Below are positions 37,877-45,460 of a stretch of 64,000 nt of DNA, one piece after another; positions within the stretch are counted from its first letter, which is position 1, and each line of letters starts with the position of its first letter. The position numbers were made by a program, and so were the translations under genes. Under the pieces are notes generated by a model, which was not told the origin of the DNA, did no database searches, and was given only the letters and a program-made list of their open reading frames with translations. The stretch comes from Marispirochaeta sp. (lineage in GTDB: Bacteria > Spirochaetota > Spirochaetia > JC444 > Marispirochaetaceae), in NCBI GenBank assembly GCA_963676835.2, contig CAXXFF010000003.1:544001-608000 (forward strand), written 5' to 3'.

Positions 37877-40006
37877 ATGGCAGAAAAAAGCGGGCAGAAA
37901 ACAAAAGCCAGAATGGCATTCTCCACGAGGATCATTCTCTTTGTAATACTACTCCTTACACTTTCAACTTCAATCACCGGGTTGACCGGTTACTTTATCG
38001 CCAAAAATGCCCTTAACCGGAAAGGAGAACAGATACTAAGAAACTCTGTACGCCAGGCAATCGATCTTATTGAATCTTCCTTCCAATTATCCCAGGCGAA
38101 AATCATCACTGAAGCAGATGCGCAGGAGATGGTCAAAGTTGCTCTCATGGGTCCTCGCAATCCCGAGACCGGGGAACGGACACTGCTGCACAGCATTGAT
38201 CTGGGGGAAAATGGTTATTTTATCATCTACGACTCCAGAGGCACTGAAATTCTGCATCCAACCCTGGAAGGAGAGAATGTCTGGGATGTAACCAGCCTTG
38301 ATGATGAGAAGCACTACATTGTCAGGGAACAAATCAGCAGAGGCATATACGGCGGCGGGTTCATGTCATATTCCTGGTGGCTGCCGAAAACCGATACCCA
38401 GGCAGAAAAAATATCCTACAGCGAATACTTTTCCGAATGGGACTGGATAGTGGTTGCCACTGCATACGCGATCGACTTTAACAAACCTGCTCAAACGATC
38501 CTGCTTGCCGTAGGATCATCATTCATGGCTCTTGTGGTTCTTTTTTCGATTCTGATTATTCAATATGTTGAACGGGCATCTATTCCCATCCGACGGGTAG
38601 CCGTAGGTATGGAAGAGGTAATAAATAACCAGTTTAGCCTCATAGAGAATCCACATACCGGAGATGATGTTGACAAACTCATTGACGGTTACAATCACAT
38701 GATAAAATCCCTTAGACAGGCGGGTGATGACCTTGATGAGAAAAACCGCTATATAACCTACCTTGCCTACCATGATGATCTTACAGGATTGCATAACCGC
38801 TATGGCATGGAAAGCTTTGTGAGCGGCAGAATCAAGTCCGGCTGTAGTGAAGCATACCTGATACAGGCGGATATAATCGGACTGAAGGTTATTAACTCTA
38901 CCCTTGGCTTTGAACAGGGCGACCGGCTTATCAAAACTGTTGCATCCTTCCTGAAGCAGACAGAAACAGCCAGTAAACATTTTGCCAGAACCAGTAGTAA
39001 TGAATTCACCTTCTGGTATGAACCGGAACGGGGAGAAGACGTAACCTCTTTTATCAATGACCTCAGATTATCAATGAAGGAATACATTGTCCGCTACGGC
39101 TTTGGTCAGCTTATAGACATGCATGTATCCATGGTCCAGTTTCCAAGACACGGAAGCAGCTTCAATGAGCTGTACGAAAAAACCATTATGGCAATGAAGC
39201 ACGCCAAGGACAATAAAAGCCTGACGGTAAGCATTTATCACGAAGATTTACGTGCAAGTCTTGAAAATGAAGTATTTATGCGCACCCATCTTCAGTCGGC
39301 TCTGCAAAACGGCGAGATCACCGCCTGGTACCAGAAACAGGTGGATTATACCAGCGGAGAGGTCGTTGGAATTGAAGCGCTGGCCCGGTGGCGCTCAAAA
39401 GAGCTGGGAAATGTTCCCCCCTCGGTTTTTATACCTGCCATTAATCAGCTGAACCTTGTAAACGAGTTTACTGAGTATATGATCAATCATATTCTCGAAA
39501 ACTACCCCAGACTTATCGAAAAGTATAATAAAGATATTACCGTTTCCATAAATATTTCCCCGGCCTATTTTATGGATCAGAACTTCCTTGCCAATCTGCA
39601 GAGCACCTTTACCAAAAACCCGATACCACCGGAAAAACTGACCCTCGAAATTACGGAAGATATTTTTATTACCAATTTTGAAAGTATCAGCGAAACAATA
39701 GAGCAGCTGCATAAAATCGGGGCACGCATTTCTATCGATGATTTCGGCACCGGTTATTCGTCATTGAATTACCTGACAAGGATGAACTTTGACGAAATGA
39801 AGATAGACAAGAGCTTTATTTCGAGAATTCTTGATGATGAAAAATCATTTCAGCTGTTTGAAATCCTCTGCAATATTGCGGAAATATACGGCTACGATAT
39901 GGTGGCGGAAGGGGTAGAAACAGAGGAACAGCTGGAAAAAATAAAGGAAACCCCGCTGAAAATTATCCAGGGATACCTCTTTTCAAAGCCGGAACCCCTG
40001 GAATAA
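37877..40006 (+). CDS. Cache-HAMP-degenerate GGDEF-EAL c-di-GMP phosphodiesterase
   Basis: Cache motifs (GYF..YD, HP, WDWIV); GGDEF replaced by SSNEF; IEALARW, LEITE, DDFGTGYSS, AEGVET. Confidence 0.9.
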   Translation: MAEKSGQKTKARMAFSTRIILFVILLLTLSTSITGLTGYFIAKNALNRKGEQILRNSVRQAIDLIESSFQLSQAKIITEADAQEMVKVALMGPRNPETGERTLLHSIDLGENGYFIIYDSRGTEILHPTLEGENVWDVTSLDDEKHYIVREQISRGIYGGGFMSYSWWLPKTDTQAEKISYSEYFSEWDWIVVATAYAIDFNKPAQTILLAVGSSFMALVVLFSILIIQYVERASIPIRRVAVGMEEVINNQFSLIENPHTGDDVDKLIDGYNHMIKSLRQAGDDLDEKNRYITYLAYHDDLTGLHNRYGMESFVSGRIKSGCSEAYLIQADIIGLKVINSTLGFEQGDRLIKTVASFLKQTETASKHFARTSSNEFTFWYEPERGEDVTSFINDLRLSMKEYIVRYGFGQLIDMHVSMVQFPRHGSSFNELYEKTIMAMKHAKDNKSLTVSIYHEDLRASLENEVFMRTHLQSALQNGEITAWYQKQVDYTSGEVVGIEALARWRSKELGNVPPSVFIPAINQLNLVNEFTEYMINHILENYPRLIEKYNKDITVSINISPAYFMDQNFLANLQSTFTKNPIPPEKLTLEITEDIFITNFESISETIEQLHKIGARISIDDFGTGYSSLNYLTRMNFDEMKIDKSFISRILDDEKSFQLFEILCNIAEIYGYDMVAEGVETEEQLEKIKETPLKIIQGYLFSKPEPLE

Positions 40007-40051
40007 TCATCGTATACCTGAAATACCTGCCTGCTTACAACGGATAGTATC

Positions 40052-40618
40052 TCAAGCCTTAACAGTCTCACCAGTCAGGGCAAGAAGGGGCGCATGGTTA
40101 TGCACCCGGTCTTTAACAACCAGGGTGGTAACATCGCTCTCTATCTGCCGGTTAAAGAGAATATCGTGACCCAGACACAAACCCATGGTTACAGTGAGCT
40201 CAACACCGGCAGCATTGAGCTGGGCCGCCTGCCCAAGGGGATTGCAGGAAACCCCGGGGAGATCACTCTTGGCGTTTACTGCATTCTGCGCAAGGGCTCC
40301 CACGGTACAGGAAACAGCTTCAATTTTAGCCCCGGACTCTTTCAGTCTCGCAACAGCAAGGGCAGCCTCTTTTTCCATACCATAGCAGTAGGCAAGGCCT
40401 ACCTTTTTAAGTTTCTGGTCATGAATGTATTCAACCAGTTCCTGAACCCGGTCAAGGGTACCCGCGCGGCCGCCGTCAACAAGACGGGCGGCGCTTTCCA
40501 CCAGGGGAGCAGTGCTCTCATGCCGGTAGTCCGTTACCAGCCCTTCTCTGTCGAATTTTTCGGCGCCGCAGCTTTCTGTGCTGCGGCACGATTTGGCGCC
40601 GCAAAGGGTACAGTTCAT
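40052..40618 (-). CDS. DUF1847 metal-binding protein
   Basis: N-terminal CxxC...C...C; GLAYC.G, SCTVG, CNP.GQA, GLCLGHD.LF, LVVKDRV..H.PL. Confidence 0.88.
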   Translation of the reverse strand: MNCTLCGAKSCRSTESCGAEKFDREGLVTDYRHESTAPLVESAARLVDGGRAGTLDRVQELVEYIHDQKLKKVGLAYCYGMEKEAALAVARLKESGAKIEAVSCTVGALAQNAVNAKSDLPGVSCNPLGQAAQLNAAGVELTVTMGLCLGHDILFNRQIESDVTTLVVKDRVHNHAPLLALTGETVKA

Positions 40619-40630
40619 CCGTCTTCCCGC

Positions 40631-41914
40631 CTATTCCATCTCTTTGGTTACGGCGATTGCAGCAATAGTTCCGTCTGCAACGGCCGTTGTAATCTGGCGG
40701 TAGCGTTTTGACTTGACATCTCCGGCGGCAAATACACCGGGAATGTTGGTCCGCATCTCTTCGTCGGTTTCCAGATATCCCCACTGATCCAGGGTGAGTT
40801 TGTCGTTGAACATCTCGATGTTGGGAATAAATCCTACGAAAACAAAGATACCGTTGGACCGCACCTCTTTGGTTTCTTTTGTTTTCAGGTCTTCAACTAC
40901 AACGCCCATATCCATGGTTCCGTATTTCTTGAACTCCCGGGGCTCATGCTCAAAGAGAATCTCGATTTTAGGGTCGGCAAAGGCCTTATCCTGAGCCTCT
41001 TTGTTTGCCTGAAGATGGTCGAACTGATGCACGATGGTGATCTTTTTGGCAAACTTGCTGATAAAAAGACTCTCTTCAATGGCACTGTTTCCGCCGCCGA
41101 TAACAACAACTTCCTTATCTTCGAAGTATTTTGCGTCACAGGTTGCACAGTAGGAGATACCGTTTCCGGCATACTCTTTTTCTCCGGAGACTCCAAGAGG
41201 ACGGGGCCGGCTGCCGGTGGCAATAACAATTTTATGGGCCTTGATGGTCTCATAGCCGTCTATCTTTACACACTTGCAGTCAAGGTCAACATAATCGATC
41301 TCTACAGCAGAGCGGAAGTCAACGCCGTTCTCCTTGGCCTGCTCGCTCATGTAGTGAGAAAGCATAAATCCCTGCTGTGGCTGAATGAAACCGGGATAGT
41401 TGGAGACCTGATGGGTGGTGGATACGTATCCTCCGGGCAGAGCAACGTCGACCAGGATGGTCTTCAGATGCGCCTGAGCCAGATAGACTCCTGCAGTTAA
41501 TCCTGCAGGACCGCCGCCGAGAACAAGAACGTCCGCTTCTGTTGTCTTCTCTTCAATTTTACCGTGAATCTCTGCAACCTTTGCTTCGGGAAGCATGGCA
41601 TCCAGATTCTTTACAATCTCCGAGCGTTTAATGCCTCCGGAGAGCTTATCGCCAACCATCTCACCGTCTTTATAAAAAAGCACTGTGGGAGACCCGGTTA
41701 CATCAAGCTCCTGAGCGAGCTCACGGTTTTCCTGTCTGAATATTTTGAAGAAGGCGATATCGTCACCATACAATTCACTTAATGGCTCGTATTTTGCAGC
41801 CAGGGCCTCACAGGGAGGACACTCTGTAGAATAGAAATCCAGAACTGCCAGCGGTTTGCTGAGCACTTCGCTTTTAAACTGATCCTGATTAATTTCCTTG
41901 ATTTTTCCTGCCAT
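40631..41914 (-). CDS. Thioredoxin-thioredoxin reductase fusion protein
   Basis: N-terminal Trx fold with CPPC; GGGPAG, IATG, SYCATCD, GGGNSA, FAAGD, QITTAV.DG. Confidence 0.92.
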   Translation of the reverse strand: MAGKIKEINQDQFKSEVLSKPLAVLDFYSTECPPCEALAAKYEPLSELYGDDIAFFKIFRQENRELAQELDVTGSPTVLFYKDGEMVGDKLSGGIKRSEIVKNLDAMLPEAKVAEIHGKIEEKTTEADVLVLGGGPAGLTAGVYLAQAHLKTILVDVALPGGYVSTTHQVSNYPGFIQPQQGFMLSHYMSEQAKENGVDFRSAVEIDYVDLDCKCVKIDGYETIKAHKIVIATGSRPRPLGVSGEKEYAGNGISYCATCDAKYFEDKEVVVIGGGNSAIEESLFISKFAKKITIVHQFDHLQANKEAQDKAFADPKIEILFEHEPREFKKYGTMDMGVVVEDLKTKETKEVRSNGIFVFVGFIPNIEMFNDKLTLDQWGYLETDEEMRTNIPGVFAAGDVKSKRYRQITTAVADGTIAAIAVTKEME

Positions 41915-41916
41915 CT

Positions 41917-43269
41917 TTACTCTCCTTGGCTTTTAGCAGCCTGGTTAACCTGCTGAAAATGTTCGAAATGATGAAAATAGAGGGGAATCCCCATACCTAA
42001 TAACTTATCCACCGGTCTGCAGTCCGGATGAAGGACTGTGCCGCTGGCGTTCTTTGCAACCGATGCACATCCGCCGCCGCATGCAAGCTGAAGAGAACAG
42101 TCGGCACACTGGGGAATGGAAGTTACATCCCGCTCTTCCCACTCCTCTACGGCGTCTTCGTTCATGCTCATTTCGGGATAGAATGTTCCCAGTACTTCCC
42201 CGTCTTTTCCTACGGTGGCAGTACAGGAATATACCTTGCCCGTATAATCCAGGGCCCATTCAGTTTTTGTTCCCGGGCATGAATCAAACAGGGGTTCCGG
42301 CATTTCTCCGTGTTCAAAGAGAAACTTTGAAATTGAGTAGGCCGGACGGTGAAACTCAAGAAAATCCGGGTTTTCCAGGATCATCTCATACAGATCCTCA
42401 TACATGCTTATCCTCGAATAGAGCTTTTTCTGATCTGCCTGGCAGCTGTGCAGTTCGTAGTTTCTGCCCAGCTGGGTTTTAAACAGCCGGTTGCCCGTCC
42501 AGCCCCGGTCTATGGCAAAGCGGGCCAGCTCGGGAAGGCCTGAAAGATTCTCTTTATCAATAACCGCTCTAAGGTTTATCCCGATACCCGCCGCAAGGGC
42601 TGCATCTATGCCCTTTACAATCTGATCAAAGGTTCTGCCGCCGCCATGGAGAAACCTGCGCCGATTGTGCAGATCCCCTACTCCGTCCAGGGTCACCTGA
42701 ACTTCACGGATGCGGTAACTTTTCAGCAGCGGAACATAGTTTTCCAGTTCGTAGCCGTTGGTTACAATTGCCGTATCAAGACCGCGATCTTTCGCGCCTT
42801 CAAGGAGCTCTTCAATCATGGTCCGTGAACGCTGATTCGGCATAAGAGGCTCGCCGCCGAAGATGGTTATATACTTCTGTTTTCCCGCAAGACGGCTGTC
42901 TATCCAGCTGAAAAAAGCGGAAACAATCTCTGCAGGCTTTTCGTCCTTTGAGTGTTCGTAACTTTCCTGATAACAGTAGGAACAGGCGAAGTTACAGGCA
43001 TAACTGGGAACAAAGAAAACCTGAACTTCGTCATTATCGCGGTTTTCAATAAACTCAAGATAGGACTCCCGGTATCTGCGGGTCTCTTCAGCCTCATCGA
43101 TGATATAGCCTTTTTCGATAAACTCTGCCCTGTCTTCAAGAGTACCGTTCATATACTCCTCTGCCATTTCTGCGGGAAGAATATCCGCCTGTTGTGAGAG
43201 AGGGTTGACCAGAATGTATTCGTCCTGGCCTTTCAGTTTACTTAGAATATTGTATTTAGAATTCCTCAT
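41917..43269 (-). CDS. Radical SAM/SPASM domain peptide maturase
   Basis: CNFACSYC (CxxxCxxC), FGGEPL, TNG, QVTLDG; SPASM C-x17-C...CxxC-x5-C-x3-C...C; about 80-aa N-terminal extension. Confidence 0.93.
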   Translation of the reverse strand: MRNSKYNILSKLKGQDEYILVNPLSQQADILPAEMAEEYMNGTLEDRAEFIEKGYIIDEAEETRRYRESYLEFIENRDNDEVQVFFVPSYACNFACSYCYQESYEHSKDEKPAEIVSAFFSWIDSRLAGKQKYITIFGGEPLMPNQRSRTMIEELLEGAKDRGLDTAIVTNGYELENYVPLLKSYRIREVQVTLDGVGDLHNRRRFLHGGGRTFDQIVKGIDAALAAGIGINLRAVIDKENLSGLPELARFAIDRGWTGNRLFKTQLGRNYELHSCQADQKKLYSRISMYEDLYEMILENPDFLEFHRPAYSISKFLFEHGEMPEPLFDSCPGTKTEWALDYTGKVYSCTATVGKDGEVLGTFYPEMSMNEDAVEEWEERDVTSIPQCADCSLQLACGGGCASVAKNASGTVLHPDCRPVDKLLGMGIPLYFHHFEHFQQVNQAAKSQGE

Positions 43270-43293
43270 AGTTCCTGTCCGTGTAAAATAAAT

Positions 43294-43321
43294 CCCGAAG
43301 AGACCCGAAGGTCTCTTCGGG
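43294..43321 (-). terminator. Perfect 12-bp stem with UUCG tetraloop between peptide gene and rSAM gene
   Basis: Minus strand CCCGAAGAGACC-TTCG-GGTCTCTTCGGG followed by ATTTATTTT. Confidence 0.85.
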
Positions 43322-43332
43322 AACGCTGGCTC

Positions 43333-43440
43333 CTAATCGTGGCAGCCGGCGACAACTTTGGAGGTCTTGGCGCAGCACTGTGCTACAGCCTGACCGGAAG
43401 AAGGATTCTTCTTCACAAGGGAAAGCATCTTTTTCTTCAT
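43333..43440 (-). CDS. Putative RiPP precursor peptide, 35 aa: MKKKMLSLVKKNPSSGQAVAQCCAKTSKVVAGCHD
   Basis: Manual translation; AAGGAG RBS 6 nt upstream of ATG; TAG stop; lies directly upstream of the rSAM/SPASM gene; Lys-rich N-terminus and Cys-rich C-terminus; below the ORF-track length cutoff. Confidence 0.85.
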   Translation of the reverse strand: MKKKMLSLVKKNPSSGQAVAQCCAKTSKVVAGCHD

Positions 43441-43464
43441 GCCCTGCTCCTTAAATTTATCGTA

Positions 43465-44160
43465 TCAGCCGTTCTTTCCAGGCTTGTAAGCCTGAATCGT
43501 CCAGCTGGATACTTCTATTTCGCCCTTGGGGTAAGGTTCACTTTCCTCAAGGATAGTTACATCGGTAAAACCTGCATTGGTCAAATGCTGAGTGTATTCA
43601 TCCCGGGTAACAGAACCTGCCCAGCATTCTGCCACTGCCTCCGGATCATTTTTGTATTTTTCAGGCACCGGAGCGGTTGAATAGATATCGCTCACCACAA
43701 AACGGCCGCCGGGTTTGAGAATCCGGGCAATCTCAAGCCATACCTGCTGCTTGTCATCAGCATGGTTGATGGTACAGTTGCTGATAACCAGATCAACTGA
43801 TTCATTTTCGAGCTTGATTTCTTCCAGGTTGGTTTTAATTACCCGGCCGTTTGAAACACCGAACTTCTCAAGATTCTTTGTGGCCTTTTTTATCATACCA
43901 TCGGAAATATCCACACCGATAACTTCACCGGCCGGCCCGACGGACTCCGCAAGTCTTATAAGATCATGACCCCTGCCGGAGCCGAGGTCTACACAAACCT
44001 CTCCGGCTGCAGGATCTGCATGGTTTATAGCACCGCCGCAGGAAAGACAGCAGGAGGTTTCTGCAAGTTCACTGTATCGAACGTTGATGGCAGCCGTCTG
44101 ATGGACAGACCCACTGGTTCCTGATTTTTCCACTACATTCTCCCTTGTTGTAATCGCCAT
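43465..44160 (-). CDS. arsM: Arsenite S-adenosylmethionine methyltransferase-like protein
   Basis: SCCLSCGG, VDLGSGRG.D, VGP.G.VIGVD, VISNCTIN, LKPGGRFVVSDI, ECWAG, L..AGF; Cys positions match those conserved in ArsM. Confidence 0.8.
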   Translation of the reverse strand: MAITTRENVVEKSGTSGSVHQTAAINVRYSELAETSCCLSCGGAINHADPAAGEVCVDLGSGRGHDLIRLAESVGPAGEVIGVDISDGMIKKATKNLEKFGVSNGRVIKTNLEEIKLENESVDLVISNCTINHADDKQQVWLEIARILKPGGRFVVSDIYSTAPVPEKYKNDPEAVAECWAGSVTRDEYTQHLTNAGFTDVTILEESEPYPKGEIEVSSWTIQAYKPGKNG

Positions 44161-44196
44161 ATTCCTTCTTCCTATTAGTTTAGTACTCTCTTACGC

Positions 44197-44646
44197 CTAT
44201 ACAAGACGCATAAGCAGATTAATTCCTTTTCTGACCATCTCAAGCTGATCTCCCTCAAGCTGATCGGTAAGCAGTTTTTCGCAGGCTTCTTTCTCACTCT
44301 CAAGTGCCGCCAGACACTCTTCCCCTTCGCTGCTTAAACGAAGCAGCTGGTTACGCCGGTCATGACTGTCTGACTGAACGGTGATAAAACCGCGGTTAAT
44401 CAGCTGATTGACCAGACGGCTGCCACGGGAAGGTGATACACCAATACCGGCGGCAAGGTCTTTTGAGTTCATTTCACTGGAGGAGAGAAAATAGAGACAG
44501 GAAACATCCCGGTTGGAAAGATTAAACCGGCTGCCGATACGTTCATCCAGATTGCATTTCTTTTTAAATGCGATGATCTGGTCGATTAGCCGGTCGTCCA
44601 TGGGATATTCAGTCTGGTTGCTTGCCGCAATAATTGCCATATGCAA
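44197..44646 (-). CDS. MarR family regulator with four cysteines
   Basis: SKDLA..IGVSPSRGSRLVNQL..RGFI...DRR...L.LS.EG; exact start uncertain (44646, 44640 or 44601). Confidence 0.88.
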   Translation of the reverse strand: MHMAIIAASNQTEYPMDDRLIDQIIAFKKKCNLDERIGSRFNLSNRDVSCLYFLSSSEMNSKDLAAGIGVSPSRGSRLVNQLINRGFITVQSDSHDRRNQLLRLSSEGEECLAALESEKEACEKLLTDQLEGDQLEMVRKGINLLMRLV

Positions 44647-44659
44647 CTATTTACTACTT

Positions 44660-44697
44660 TTATATATTTTTGTCAATATATATTTATCAATATATAA
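44660..44697. promoter_or_regulatory. Overlapping TATATATT...AATATATA inverted repeats covering the minus-strand -35 TTGACA upstream of marR
   Basis: Minus strand ttatatattgataaatatatattgacaaaaatatataa; AT-rich, so partly low complexity. Confidence 0.5.
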
Positions 44698-44796
44698 TAA
44701 TTTATTTAATCAGTCGGTAAAAATCCTGTAACGTTTTGCAGTAACACATTTATTTTGTTATTTTATAATAGTGTTAATGACCACAGGAGAACCGTT

Positions 44797-45027
44797 ATGA
44801 CAAAAAATATCACCCTGAAAATTGATGAAGATTTGTTGAAACTCTGCCGCTTTGAAGCCGTTGAAAACGATAAATCTCTTTCTCAATGGGTGGCAGATGT
44901 TCTCCTTGAGCATGTAAAGGGAATAGATGAGTATCTGTACGCCCGGGAACGGGCGAGAAAACGGCTGAATGAGGGGTTTTCCCTGGGAAACAACCCGCTG
45001 CTTCGGGATGCAGCCCATGAAGGTTAA
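44797..45027 (+). CDS. Ribbon-helix-helix antitoxin (CopG/DUF6364-like)
   Basis: MTKNITLKIDEDLL...A....SLSQ.V; AGGAG RBS; overlaps the PIN gene. Confidence 0.8.
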   Translation: MTKNITLKIDEDLLKLCRFEAVENDKSLSQWVADVLLEHVKGIDEYLYARERARKRLNEGFSLGNNPLLRDAAHEG

Positions 45028-45436
45028 ACAGATTTTTCTGGACACGAATATACTGCTCTATGCTTATGACAATGATGCCGGAGAAAAACACCGAATTGCT
45101 GCAAAGCTGATTCTATCGGCCTGGGACGGGGAATTTCTTCCGGTAATAAGTATTCAGGTATTACAGGAGTTTCTGGTAAATCTGTTGAAAAAGGGCGTTT
45201 CGGAAAATGATGCTTTCGCAGTAGTCGCTGATTATTATACCTGGAGAATAGTTGAAAATAATCTGAATCTTTTCCGCAAAGGTCTTGCTGTGATGAATGA
45301 GTATGGCTTATCCCTCTGGGACTCCATGATTGTTGCAGCAGCCCGGCAGGCCGGCACGGAAGAACTCTGGACAGAAGATTTAAACACAGGGCAGCTTTAC
45401 GGCTCAGTTAAAGCAGTAAATCCGCTGAAGGAATAA
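45017..45436 (+). CDS. vapC: PIN domain toxin (VapC-like)
   Basis: FLDTNILLYAYD, QVLQEF, WDSMI.AAA, WTEDL, NP; ATG at 45017. Confidence 0.88.
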   Translation: MKVKQIFLDTNILLYAYDNDAGEKHRIAAKLILSAWDGEFLPVISIQVLQEFLVNLLKKGVSENDAFAVVADYYTWRIVENNLNLFRKGLAVMNEYGLSLWDSMIVAAARQAGTEELWTEDLNTGQLYGSVKAVNPLKE

Positions 45437-45460
45437 AATCTACTGTTCAAAAAGCCACTG

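Noticed and set aside
43333..43467. The peptide ORF is in frame with arsM, separated by a single TGA and eight sense codons, so selenocysteine read-through could give an ArsM with a Cys-rich tail
   Set aside because: No SECIS-like hairpin follows the TGA, the spacer contains a strong dedicated RBS for the peptide, and in-frame placement occurs one time in three by chance; proteomics or homologue alignment would settle it
43339..43680. 113-aa plus-strand ORF over the peptide and arsM end
   Set aside because: Antisense to arsM and to the peptide ORF, which has the RBS and operon context
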